Assembly (NCBI GenBank): GCA_019683805.1
Contig: JADGHQ010000005.1
Span: 6,909 to 70,908, forward strand
Reading direction: 5' to 3'
Origin: Thermoleophilaceae bacterium
GTDB taxonomy: Bacteria; Actinomycetota; Thermoleophilia; Solirubrobacterales; Thermoleophilaceae
DNA length: 64,000 bases
Part shown: positions 49,511 to 58,621 of the stretch, one piece after another
Layout of the letters: each line of letters opens with the position of its first letter
How positions within the stretch are numbered: the stretch's first letter is position 1
Program-made: the position numbers and the translations under genes
The notes under the pieces: generated by a model
The model's database searches: none
Seen by the model: the letters and a program-made list of their open reading frames with translations, nothing else
What the model was told of the DNA's origin: nothing

Positions 49511-50256
49511 GCGTGAGCGGGGCACCCACGCCCGCTCCCACGGACCGCGAGCTGCTGCGGCGCTATCACGATGAGGGCGACCGCGACGCCCGCGAGCTCC
49601 TGGTCGAGCGCCACCTGCCGCTCGTGCGCTCGCTGGCGCGCCGCTACGCGGGGCGGGGCGAGGCGCTCGAGGACATCGAGCAGGTGGGGGCGATCGGCCT
49701 GCTCAAGGCGATCGACCGCTACGACCTCGCGCGCGACGTCGCGCTGACGACCTACGCCACGCCGAACGTCGTCGGCGAGATCAAGCGCTACTTCCGCGAC
49801 AAGGGCTGGGCGATCCGGATCCCGCGCGGGCTCCAGGAGCTGAACGCGAAGCTGTCGTCGACGATCGAGCGGCTCACCGGCCGGCTGGGCCGCTCGCCGA
49901 GCATCGCGGAGATCGCCGAGGAGCTGCAGGCGAGCCCGGAGCAGGTGCTCGAGGCGATGGAGGCGGGCAGCGCCTACTCGCCCGTGTCGCTCAGCGCCGG
50001 CTCGGGCGACGACGGGGACCTCGATCCGATGGAGACGATCGGGGCGGTCGACGAGGAGTTCGAGCGGTCCGAGCAGCGGGCGGCGCTCGAGCCCGCGCTG
50101 ATGTCGCTGCCCGAGCGGGAGCGGGAGATCCTGCGCATGCGCTTCGAGGAGGGCATGACGCAGACGCAGATCGCCGAGCGCGTCGGCGTCTCGCAGATGC
50201 ACGTCTCGCGCCTGATCCGCAAGTCGCTCACGCGCATGCGCGCCGAGCTCTCCTGA
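49507..50256 (+). CDS. RNA polymerase sigma factor, SigB/SigF/SigG subfamily (group 3)
   Basis: 249 aa. Region 2 reads DIEQVGAIGLLKAIDRYD...TYATPNVVGEIKRYFRD. Region 3 is present, and the region 4 HTH reads TQTQIAERVGVSQMHVSRL. Confidence 0.88.
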   Translation: MSVSGAPTPAPTDRELLRRYHDEGDRDARELLVERHLPLVRSLARRYAGRGEALEDIEQVGAIGLLKAIDRYDLARDVALTTYATPNVVGEIKRYFRDKGWAIRIPRGLQELNAKLSSTIERLTGRLGRSPSIAEIAEELQASPEQVLEAMEAGSAYSPVSLSAGSGDDGDLDPMETIGAVDEEFERSEQRAALEPALMSLPEREREILRMRFEEGMTQTQIAERVGVSQMHVSRLIRKSLTRMRAELS

Positions 50257-50470
50257 GCCGCGCCTTAACGCGACCTTAAGCGGAAAACCGCCCGAGTCCC
50301 GGCTTTGGAGGTGTAATTTTCCCGACCGCGAACCAGGATGATCAGTGTGGGGACGTCGAATCGAGGGACACGGTCGAGAACGGTCTTCGCGCCCCGCGGA
50401 TCGGGCCGCGCGCGTCGCGCGCTCCGCGGCTTGACCGTCCTGGTGGTCGGGCGTTGAGGGGCGTCGTGTC

Positions 50471-51442
50471 TTGACCAGCACGATCGATCTCGCGCGCGAG
50501 TCCTCCAGCGAGGCGGAAGTCTCAGGCATAGCCGCGCGCACGCCGCTCGAGCTGTTCTGGCGGCGGCTCAAGCAGGACCGCGTCGCGATGGCGGCACTCG
50601 TCTTCATCCTCCTGCTGGTGGCGGTGGCGGTGCTCGCGCCGCTGCTCGTGAAGCTGACCGGCCAGCGCCCGCCGAACGACCAGTCGACGAAGTTCCTCGA
50701 CGAGTTCGGCACGCCCACGGGGCCGACCTCCGAGAACTGGTTCGGCGTAGACCCGCTCGGGCGCAGCGTCTTCAGCCGCGTGCTCTACGGCGCGCGCGTG
50801 TCGCTCGAGGTGGCGATCATCGCGACGGCCGCGTCGGTCGCCGTCGGCGTGGTGGTGGGCATGACCGCCGGCTTCTTCCGCGGCTTCGTCGACACGGTGC
50901 TCTCGCGCCTGATCGACGTGCTGCTCGCGTTCCCGATCCTGCTGCTCGCGCTCGGCCTCGCGGCGGCCTGCTCGCTGGGCAACGGCTGCCTCGGCGGCCT
51001 CATCAAGCCGGGGCTCACGGTCGTGATCTTCGTGATCGCGTTCGTGAACTGGACCTACATCGCGCGCATCATCCGCGGGCAGGTCCTGTCGCTGCGCGAG
51101 AAGGAGTTCGTCGAGGCGGCCCGCTCGCTCGGCGCCTCGAACGGGCGGATCATCTTCAGGGAGATCCTGCCCAACCTGGTGGCCCCGATCATCGTCTACA
51201 GCACGCTCGTGATCCCCCAGAACATCCTCTTCGAGGCGGCGCTCTCGTTCCTGGGCGTGGGGGTGCAGCCGCCGAACCCGAGCTGGGGCGCGATGCTCGC
51301 GGACGCCACCGAGATCTTCGACACGGCGTGGTGGTACATGGTCTTCCCAGGCGTCGCGCTGCTGCTCACCGTGCTCGCTTTCAACCTCCTCGGCGACGGC
51401 CTCCAGGACGCGCTCAACCCGCGTGTCGAGAGGTCGACGTGA
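50471..51442 (+). CDS. Peptide/nickel ABC importer permease (DppC/OppC-like)
   Basis: 323 aa with the EAA-type loop EFVEAARSLGASNGRIIFREILPN and six TM segments. Confidence 0.85.
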   Translation: MTSTIDLARESSSEAEVSGIAARTPLELFWRRLKQDRVAMAALVFILLLVAVAVLAPLLVKLTGQRPPNDQSTKFLDEFGTPTGPTSENWFGVDPLGRSVFSRVLYGARVSLEVAIIATAASVAVGVVVGMTAGFFRGFVDTVLSRLIDVLLAFPILLLALGLAAACSLGNGCLGGLIKPGLTVVIFVIAFVNWTYIARIIRGQVLSLREKEFVEAARSLGASNGRIIFREILPNLVAPIIVYSTLVIPQNILFEAALSFLGVGVQPPNPSWGAMLADATEIFDTAWWYMVFPGVALLLTVLAFNLLGDGLQDALNPRVERST

Positions 51443-51461
51443 GGTATCGCGGGGAGGATTG

Positions 51462-53243
51462 ATGAACCCAAGGGAAAGGAAGGGCATGCACCGGAACGCA
51501 AGGTTCCTGCTCTGCGCGCTCGTCGCCGTCCTCGCGCTCGTCGCCGCCGGATGCGGCGGCGGGAACGACAACAACGGCGGAGGCGGCGGCAACGCCGCTA
51601 CGGGCAAGAAGGGCGGGACGCTCACGATCGTCGACACCGCCGGCGGCGTCGACAGCCTCGACCCCGGTTACTGGTACTACCAGACCGACTATCTCGAGCT
51701 CGCCCAGCCGACGCAGCGCTGGCTGTACTCGTGGGGTCCGACCGACACCAAGCCGAGGCCCGACCTGGCGGAGGGCATGCCCCAGGTCGCCGACGGCGGC
51801 AAGACGCTGACGATCAAGATCAAGCAGGGCGTCAAGTACAGCCCGCCGCTCCAGGACCGCACGGTGTCCTCGAAGGACATCAAGTACGCGATGGAACGCT
51901 GCTTCCTTCCGCAGGTCGGCAACGGCTACGCGCCCGTGTACTACTCGGACATCGTCGGCGTCAAGCAGTTCCAGAGCGGCAAGGCGAAGGAGATCTCGGG
52001 CATCCAGACGCCCGACGACGCGACGCTCGTCCTGAAGCTCGCGAAGCCGGTGGGCGTGCTCGCGAACGCCAACGCGCTCGCGCTGCCGTGCACGATCCCG
52101 GTGCCGAAGGACTACGCGCAGAAGTACGACAAGGGCAAGACGTCGCACTACGGCGAGCACCAGGTGTTCACCGGGCCGTACATGATCCAGAACGACGGCA
52201 AGGGCAACATCACGGGCTACCAGCCCGCCAAGAGCCTGGTCCTGGTCCGCAACCCGAGCTGGGACCCGTCGACCGACTACCGCAAGGCGTACCTCGACAA
52301 GATCGTCGAGCAGAACGGCAGCGACGCGACGGTCGCGAGCCGCAAGATCCTGACCGGATCGCACATGATCAGCGGCGACTTCGCCGCGCCGCCCGTGCAG
52401 GTGCTCAAGTCGGCGCTCTCGTCGAGGAAGGACCAGCTCAGCATCGCGCCGAGCCAGGGCAACCGCTTCATCTCGCTCAACACGAAGGTGAAGCCGTTCG
52501 ACGACGTGAACGTCCGTCGTGCGGTGTCGGCGATCACCGACCGCAACGCGCTGCGGCTGACGCGCGGCGGCCCGGCGCTGGGCCCGACCGCCACCCACTT
52601 CATCCCGCCGGGGATCCCCGGCTTCGAGGAGGCGGGCGGCATGAAGGGCCCCGGGTTCGACTTCGTCAGCAACCCGAACGGCGACCTCGCCGTGGCGCAG
52701 AAGTACATGAAGGCCGCGGGCTACAAGTCCGGCAAGTACACGGGGCCGCCCGTCCTGATGGTGGGCGACAACGTCGACCCGGCGCGCAAGACCGGCGAGG
52801 CCTTCCAGCACCAGCTCGCGCAGATCGGCATCAAGCTGAACTACCGGCAGGTGCCGCACGCCACGATGCTGTCGAAGTTCTGCGGCGTGCCGAAGGCGGC
52901 CGTCGCGATCTGTCCGAACCTCGGCTGGGGCAAGGACTTCTTCGACGCGCAGTCGATGATCGACCCGGTGTTCAACGGCAAGAACATCGTGCCGGTCGGC
53001 AACGCGAACTACTCGCAGGCGAACGACCCGAAGCTGAACGCGCTGATGGACAAGGCCGAGCAGGTCATCGACCCGGCCGAGCGAGCGCGGCTCTGGGGCG
53101 AGATCGACAAGCAGGTCACGAACCAGGCCTACGTCGTCACATGGCTCTGGGACAACCAGATCAACCTGCGCTCGAGCGACGTGAACGCGGTCCGGAACGA
53201 GTTCAACTCGTCCTGGGACCTTAACTTCACGTCCCTGAAGTAG
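51462..53243 (+). CDS. Peptide ABC importer substrate-binding lipoprotein (family 5), copy 1
   Basis: The lipobox is LVAAGCGG. An SBP_bac_5-like body follows. The start is either ATG 51462 or ATG 51486, and both have SD-like sequences. Confidence 0.85.
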   Translation: MNPRERKGMHRNARFLLCALVAVLALVAAGCGGGNDNNGGGGGNAATGKKGGTLTIVDTAGGVDSLDPGYWYYQTDYLELAQPTQRWLYSWGPTDTKPRPDLAEGMPQVADGGKTLTIKIKQGVKYSPPLQDRTVSSKDIKYAMERCFLPQVGNGYAPVYYSDIVGVKQFQSGKAKEISGIQTPDDATLVLKLAKPVGVLANANALALPCTIPVPKDYAQKYDKGKTSHYGEHQVFTGPYMIQNDGKGNITGYQPAKSLVLVRNPSWDPSTDYRKAYLDKIVEQNGSDATVASRKILTGSHMISGDFAAPPVQVLKSALSSRKDQLSIAPSQGNRFISLNTKVKPFDDVNVRRAVSAITDRNALRLTRGGPALGPTATHFIPPGIPGFEEAGGMKGPGFDFVSNPNGDLAVAQKYMKAAGYKSGKYTGPPVLMVGDNVDPARKTGEAFQHQLAQIGIKLNYRQVPHATMLSKFCGVPKAAVAICPNLGWGKDFFDAQSMIDPVFNGKNIVPVGNANYSQANDPKLNALMDKAEQVIDPAERARLWGEIDKQVTNQAYVVTWLWDNQINLRSSDVNAVRNEFNSSWDLNFTSLK

Positions 53244-53277
53244 GGAGCGAGATAGCAGGGACGCCACAACCGGATGA

Positions 53278-53305
53278 GGGCCCCGCCGCCGCGGCGGCGG
53301 GGCCC
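53278..53305 (+). other. 12-bp GC stem-loop between the SBP gene and the next permease gene
   Basis: GGGCCCCGCCGC pairs with GCGGCGGGGCCC across a 4-nt loop. No U-tract follows. It may be an intra-operon attenuator or mRNA stabiliser. Confidence 0.45.
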
Positions 53306-53325
53306 CGCGCCCGGGAGCGGAAGCC

Positions 53326-54285
53326 GTGACGACCTACATCATCAGGCGGCTGCTGTGGGTGATCGTGCTCCTGTTCTTCGTGAGCTTCATCACCTTCATG
53401 ATCTTCTACCTGTTCCCGTCAGCCGACCCGGCGGCGCTGCGGGCAGGGAGGCAGCCGAACCCCGAGCTCGTCGAGCAGATCAGGCATCAGCTCGGCCTCG
53501 ACAAGCCCTGGTACGTGCAGTACGTCGACTACATGAAGGGCGTGTTCCTGCACTTCGACCTGGGCTACAGCTACCAGAACAACATCAGCGTCAAGACGCA
53601 GATCTTCCAGCGCCTGCCCGCCACGATCTCGCTGGCGCTCGGCGCGGCGGTCGTGTGGCTCGTGATCGGCATCGCGGTGGGGACGATCTCGGCGGTGCGC
53701 CGGCGCAGCCTCTTCGACCGCGTCTCCATGACGGGCGCGCTGGTCGGCATCTCGGCGCCGGTCTACTGGCTCGGGCTGCTCGCGCTCTACCTGTTCGCGA
53801 ACGACATCGGCCGCTTCAAGATCTTCCCGGGCTCGGGCAGCTACGTGCCGATCAGCCAGGACCCCGCCAAGTGGTTCACCTCGTTGATCGTGCCGTGGTT
53901 CGTGCTCGCGGCCGCGTTTGCCGCCTTCTACGCGCGCCTACTACGCTCGAACCTGATCGACGTCATGTCCGAGGACTACATCCGCACGGCCCGCGCGAAG
54001 GGGCTGTCTGAGCGCCGCGTGGTCCTCCGGCATGGCATCAGGAGCGCGATCACGCCGATCGTGACGGCGGCCGGCCTCGACATCGGCATCCTGCTCGGGG
54101 GCGCGATCCTCACCGAGAGCGTCTTCAACATCCCCGGCATAGGGCGCCTGGCCTTCGACTCGATCCAGAACAGCGACCTCCCGATGATCCAGGGCACCGT
54201 GCTGTTCGGCGCCTTCTTCATCGTCATGGCGAACCTGATCGTCGACATCCTCTACGCGTTCATCGACCCGCGGGTGAGGTACTAG
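53326..54285 (+). CDS. Peptide ABC importer permease (DppB/OppB-like)
   Basis: 319 aa. The N-terminus is [14 protein letters not shown], and the EAA loop reads [23 protein letters not shown]. Confidence 0.88.
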   Translation: MTTYIIRRLLWVIVLLFFVSFITFMIFYLFPSADPAALRAGRQPNPELVEQIRHQLGLDKPWYVQYVDYMKGVFLHFDLGYSYQNNISVKTQIFQRLPATISLALGAAVVWLVIGIAVGTISAVRRRSLFDRVSMTGALVGISAPVYWLGLLALYLFANDIGRFKIFPGSGSYVPISQDPAKWFTSLIVPWFVLAAAFAAFYARLLRSNLIDVMSEDYIRTARAKGLSERRVVLRHGIRSAITPIVTAAGLDIGILLGGAILTESVFNIPGIGRLAFDSIQNSDLPMIQGTVLFGAFFIVMANLIVDILYAFIDPRVRY

Positions 54286-55346
54286 TGAGCCCGCTGCTCG
54301 AGGTCCGCGACCTGCGGGTCCACTTCGACACCGAGGACGGCGTTGTCAAGGCCGTCGACGGCGTGTCGTTCACGCTCGAGAAGGGGAAGGTGCTCGGGAT
54401 CGTCGGCGAGTCCGGCTCGGGCAAGAGCGTGACGATGCTGACGGTGATGGGCCTCTCGCGGGCCAGCAACGCGCGCATCGGCGGCGAGGCCCTGTTCGAG
54501 GGCCGCAACCTGCTCGAGGCGAGCAACGAGGAGCTGCGCTCGGTCCGCGGCAACGACATCTCGATGATCTTCCAGGACCCGCTCTCGTCGCTGCACCCCT
54601 TCTACAAGGTCGGCGCGCAACTCGTCGAGGCGATCCAGGCGCACCAGAACCTCTCCAGGGCGCAGGCGCGCGAGCGCGCGATCGAGTTCCTGGGGCTGGT
54701 CGGCATCCCCGACCCGCGCGCCCGCTTCGACAACTACCCCCACGAGTTCTCGGGCGGCATGCGCCAGCGGGCGATGATCGCGATGGCGCTCGTCAACGAG
54801 CCCCAGCTCCTGATCGCGGACGAGCCGACGACGGCACTCGACGTGACCGTCCAGGCGCAGATCCTCGAGCTCATCGGCCGCCTGAAGGACGAGCTCGGCA
54901 TGGCGGTGATCATGATCACCCACGACCTCGGCGTGGTCGCCGAGGTCACCGACGACATCGCGGTGATGTACGCCGGCCGGATCGTCGAGGAGGCCGCCAC
55001 CGACGAGCTCTTCCACGCGCCCGAGCACCCCTACACCTGGGGGCTGCTCCAGTCGATCCCGCGCCTCGACCGCCCGCGCGACGAGCCGCTCGTGCCGATT
55101 CCCGGGCGCCCGCCGAGCCTCATCAACCTGCCCGGCGGCTGCAGCTTCCACCCGCGCTGCCCGTACGTGCGCGAGGCCCACCGGAGGATCGAGCCGAAGC
55201 TCGCGCCGGTGCCGGACAGCCCGAAGCACCGCGTGGCCTGCCTGCTCGAGAGCGAGACGCGCAAGCGGCTCTGGCAGGACCTGAACGCCGGCAAGGAGCC
55301 GGTCGAGGCCCGCGCGGACGTGATGGAGGGGGAGGAGGTGACGTGA
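54285..55346 (+). CDS. Peptide ABC importer ATPase (DppD/OppD-like)
   Basis: It has [16 protein letters not shown] and [11 protein letters not shown], plus a C-terminal oligopeptide-type extension with Cys residues. Confidence 0.9.
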   Translation: MSPLLEVRDLRVHFDTEDGVVKAVDGVSFTLEKGKVLGIVGESGSGKSVTMLTVMGLSRASNARIGGEALFEGRNLLEASNEELRSVRGNDISMIFQDPLSSLHPFYKVGAQLVEAIQAHQNLSRAQARERAIEFLGLVGIPDPRARFDNYPHEFSGGMRQRAMIAMALVNEPQLLIADEPTTALDVTVQAQILELIGRLKDELGMAVIMITHDLGVVAEVTDDIAVMYAGRIVEEAATDELFHAPEHPYTWGLLQSIPRLDRPRDEPLVPIPGRPPSLINLPGGCSFHPRCPYVREAHRRIEPKLAPVPDSPKHRVACLLESETRKRLWQDLNAGKEPVEARADVMEGEEVT

Positions 55347-56371
55347 GCGGCGAGCCGCTGGTCGAGGTCCGCGACCTCGTCAAGCACTTCCCGATCAACC
55401 GCGGGATCATCCTGCAGAAGCAGGTAGGCGCCGTGCACGCCGTCGACGGCGTCTCGTTCGACGTCATGCGCGGCGAGTCGCTGGGGATCGTCGGCGAGAC
55501 CGGCTGCGGCAAGAGCACGACAGCCCGCCTGCTGATGCGGCTGCTCGACCCCACGAGCGGCGTCATCAGGTTCGAGGGCAAGGACGTCGCGAAGATCCCG
55601 CGCCGCGCCTTCAAGCCCTTCCGGCGCGAGATCCAGATGATCTTCCAGGATCCCTACTCGTCGCTGAACCCGCGCAAGACCGTCGGCGCGATCATCGCCG
55701 AGCCGTTCGCGATCCACGGGCTCAACAAGGGCAAGGGCGAGCGCCGCAGGGCCGTCCAGGAGCTGATGGACCTGGTCGGGCTCAACCCCGAGCACTACAA
55801 CCGCTATCCGCACGAGTTCTCCGGCGGCCAGCGCCAGCGGATCGGCGTGGCGCGGGCGCTGGCGCTGCAGCCGAAGATGATCATCGCGGACGAGCCCGTG
55901 TCGGCGCTCGACGTGTCGATCCAGGCGCAGATCCTCAACCTGCTGCGCGACCTCCAGCGCGACCTCGGCCTGACGCTGATCCTGATCGCGCACGACCTCT
56001 CCGTGGTGCGCCACATGTGCGACCGCGTGGCGGTGATGTACCTCGGCAAGATCGTGGAGATCGCCGACAGCGACACGCTCTACCGCCACCCGCGCCACCC
56101 CTACACGGGCGCGCTGCTCTCCGCGGTGCCCGTGCCCGACCCCGAGCTAGCGTCGCGGCGCAGGCGGCAGGTGCTCGGCGGCGACGTGCCGAGCCCCACG
56201 AACCCGCCGCCGGCGTGCCGCTTCCACCCGCGCTGCCCGAAGGCGCAGGACCTCTGCCATCAGCAGGAGCCGCTGCTCGAGCAGAAGCCGGGCGGCAGCG
56301 TGGCGGCCTGCCATTTCCCGCTCTCCGACGCGGAGGCCGCGGAGCGTGTTGCGACCGCTGAGCCAGTTTGA
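55343..56371 (+). CDS. Peptide ABC importer ATPase (DppF/OppF-like)
   Basis: It has [17 protein letters not shown] and [11 protein letters not shown], plus the C-terminal CRFHPRCP motif. Confidence 0.9.
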   Translation: MSGEPLVEVRDLVKHFPINRGIILQKQVGAVHAVDGVSFDVMRGESLGIVGETGCGKSTTARLLMRLLDPTSGVIRFEGKDVAKIPRRAFKPFRREIQMIFQDPYSSLNPRKTVGAIIAEPFAIHGLNKGKGERRRAVQELMDLVGLNPEHYNRYPHEFSGGQRQRIGVARALALQPKMIIADEPVSALDVSIQAQILNLLRDLQRDLGLTLILIAHDLSVVRHMCDRVAVMYLGKIVEIADSDTLYRHPRHPYTGALLSAVPVPDPELASRRRRQVLGGDVPSPTNPPPACRFHPRCPKAQDLCHQQEPLLEQKPGGSVAACHFPLSDAEAAERVATAEPV

Positions 56372-56492
56372 GCGCATACTTGTACTGCGACCCCCCGCGG
56401 CGCCGAGCGCCGCGCGCCGAGGTGTTCGGGGTCGCGAGCAATGCAGCCGGCCGTCGGCGGGCCGGCTCCAGAGGAGGGGGAAGGAACGAGTC

Positions 56493-58277
56493 ATGAGCTC
56501 AAGGACTCGCAGCTCGCTGCGCTCGCTCGCCGCCCTCGCGTCGGTCGCGTCGCTGTCCATCGGCGTCGCGGCCTGCGGGGGAGGCAACGACAACGAAACC
56601 GGCGGGACCGCGGCGGGGAAGCCGGTGTCGGGCAAGAAGGGCGGCACGCTCACGCTCGTCTCGAGCGGTGACGTCGACAACAAGCTCGACCCGGGCTACT
56701 CGTACTACCAGTTCGATTTCATCCTCGACAACGACCTGCACCGGATGCTCTACCGGTACAAGCCGACCGACACGACGAAGCCCTCGCCCGACCTGGCGGC
56801 GGGCCCGGCGCAGATCTCGCCCGACGGCAAGACCGTCACGGTGAAGATCAAGCACGGGATCAAGTTCAGCCCGCCGGTCAACCGCGAGGTGACCGCCGCC
56901 GACGTGAAGTACGCGATCGAGCGCGACTTCCTGCCACAGGTGGGCAACGGCTACGCGGGGGCCTACTGGAACGACATCCAGGGCGTGAAGGCCTTCACGA
57001 GTGGGGGGGCGAAGGAGATCTCGGGCATCACGACGCCCGACAAGTACACGCTCCAGATCAAGCTCACCCGACCGACGGCCGCCGTGGTCGTCGGCGCGAT
57101 GGCGCTGCCGGGCACTGCGCCGGTGCCTAAGGAGTACGCCCAGAAGTACGACAAGGGCAAGATCTCGACCTACGGCCAGCACCTGGTGACGACCGGGCCG
57201 TACATGGTCCAGAACAACAGCAAGGGGGAGATCACCGGCTACCAGCCGGGCAAGCGGATCGTGCTCGTCCGGAACCCGAACTGGGATCCCAAGACGGACT
57301 TCCGCCCGGCCTACGTCGACAAGATCATCGTCGACGAGGGAAACGATCCGACGGTGGGCAACCGCAAGGTGCTGAACGGCCAGAGCATGATCGCCAACCA
57401 GCCCGATATGCCCCCGCCGCCGGCGATCCTGAAGTCGGTGACGACAGGGTCGCAGAAGTCGCAGTTCATCCCCGGTCCGTTCACTGGGCGCTTCCGCTAC
57501 ATCGCGCTCAACACGACGATCAAGCCGTTCGACAACATCAACGTCCGCAAGGCGATCTCCGCCGCGATGGACCGCAATGCGCTGCGGCTCGCCTTCGGCG
57601 GCCCGGCGGTCGGCGGCATCCCGACGCATTTCCTGCCGCCGGGCATGGCCGGGTTCGAGGAGGCAGGCGGCATGGCCGGACCGGGTTACGACTTCCTGCG
57701 CAACCCGAACGGCGACACGCAGCTCGCTACCGAGTACATGAAGAAGGCCGGGTACCCGAGCGGTAAGTACACCGGCAAGCAGAAGTTCCTGATGGTCACC
57801 GACAGCGCCGCGAACCAGCGCAAGGTCGCCGAGACCGCGCTCGCGACGTTCCAGAAGCTCGGATTCAAGATCAACTTCCGGGCGGTGACCCGCGACACGA
57901 TGTACTCGAAGTTCTGCGGCGTGCCGAAGTCCAAAACGGCCATCTGCCCGAGCGTGGGCTGGCTCAAGGACTTCGCCGACCCGCAGACGATGCTCGACCC
58001 GACGTTCAACGGGAAGAACATCATCCAGACCAACAACTCGAACTGGCCGCAGCTCAACGTGCCCGCGATCAACGCGGCCATGGAGAAGGCCAAGACGATC
58101 AACGATCTCGCCGCGCGGGCGAAGGCCTGGGCCGAGATCGACCGCATGGTCACGGCTCAGGCGCCCGGCGTGCTGTGGCTGTGGGACAAGGGCCCGTCGC
58201 TCATGTCGAAGAACGTGAACGGCGTGCTGAACCAGGCGAACGCCGCCTGGGACCTGTCGTACATCTCGCTGAAGTAG
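56493..58277 (+). CDS. Peptide ABC importer substrate-binding lipoprotein (family 5), copy 2 (paralogue of 51462..53243)
   Basis: The SD is GAGGAGGGGGAAGGA. The lipobox is GVAACGGG. It aligns by eye with copy 1 along its full length. Confidence 0.85.
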   Translation: MSSRTRSSLRSLAALASVASLSIGVAACGGGNDNETGGTAAGKPVSGKKGGTLTLVSSGDVDNKLDPGYSYYQFDFILDNDLHRMLYRYKPTDTTKPSPDLAAGPAQISPDGKTVTVKIKHGIKFSPPVNREVTAADVKYAIERDFLPQVGNGYAGAYWNDIQGVKAFTSGGAKEISGITTPDKYTLQIKLTRPTAAVVVGAMALPGTAPVPKEYAQKYDKGKISTYGQHLVTTGPYMVQNNSKGEITGYQPGKRIVLVRNPNWDPKTDFRPAYVDKIIVDEGNDPTVGNRKVLNGQSMIANQPDMPPPPAILKSVTTGSQKSQFIPGPFTGRFRYIALNTTIKPFDNINVRKAISAAMDRNALRLAFGGPAVGGIPTHFLPPGMAGFEEAGGMAGPGYDFLRNPNGDTQLATEYMKKAGYPSGKYTGKQKFLMVTDSAANQRKVAETALATFQKLGFKINFRAVTRDTMYSKFCGVPKSKTAICPSVGWLKDFADPQTMLDPTFNGKNIIQTNNSNWPQLNVPAINAAMEKAKTINDLAARAKAWAEIDRMVTAQAPGVLWLWDKGPSLMSKNVNGVLNQANAAWDLSYISLK

Positions 58278-58301
58278 GCGTCGAGGACAGTCAGTCCGAG
58301 C

Positions 58302-58340
58302 AGGAGCCCCGCCGCCCCTTGGGGGTGGCGGGGCTCCTTT
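58302..58340 (+). terminator. Strong intrinsic terminator after the peptide transporter operon
   Basis: A roughly 16-bp stem AGGAGCCCCGCCGCCCC/GGGGTGGCGGGGCTCCT is followed by TTTCGTCCTGT. Confidence 0.8.
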
Positions 58341-58512
58341 CGTCCTGTCGCCGCCCGTCTTGCACGGGTTCGTGCATGTAACCCGCGGCAGTTGACACGG
58401 GAGGGTCCGTCGTAGGAGAGTCCGGTTTGCACAGGTTTCGCTCAGTAACCCGTGCAGATGCCGACCGGCGCTGCCGGTGCGGTTGGTGTGACCCAGCGAA
58501 AGGAGCCCTCCG

Positions 58513-58533
58513 ATGCCTTTCCGTGGCGGCTGA
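58513..58533 (+). CDS. Candidate 6-codon leader peptide (MPFRGG)
   Basis: The SD AAAGGAG lies 7 nt upstream of the ATG. The stop lies 18 nt before a 12-bp hairpin. The uORF 3' end GGCGGCT is complementary to the hairpin 5' arm. Confidence 0.3.
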   Translation: MPFRGG

Positions 58534-58551
58534 TCGTTAGGACGGACACGA

Positions 58552-58579
58552 GAAGAAGCCGCCTGCGGGCGGCTTCTTC
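58552..58579 (+). terminator. 12-bp perfect hairpin (GAAGAAGCCGCC-TGCG-GGCGGCTTCTTC) immediately upstream of the MFS gene; candidate attenuator
   Basis: The hairpin is read directly from the sequence. CCTGTTGTGCT follows, and the MFS start candidates lie 7 and 43 nt downstream. Confidence 0.45.
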
Positions 58580-58621
58580 CCTGTTGTGCTCCGGGGAAGG
58601 CCGAGGTTGGTTTTAGAAGCC

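Noticed and set aside
50340-50459. A 39-codon ORF (MISVGTSNRGTRSR…) in the low-GC region upstream of the peptide transporter.
   Set aside because: It has no convincing SD, mixed third-position composition and an Arg/Gly-rich sequence without hydrophobic or structured character. It is probably non-coding promoter or leader DNA.
58355-58460. A guanidine-I (ykkC) riboswitch upstream of the MFS transporter.
   Set aside because: Fragments similar to conserved ykkC blocks (GGGUUC, ACACGG, GGUCCG, GAGAG) are present. They occur in the wrong order and spacing, and the P3 GGGA…CCCGGGAG hairpin is missing. I kept the region only as an unassigned leader.
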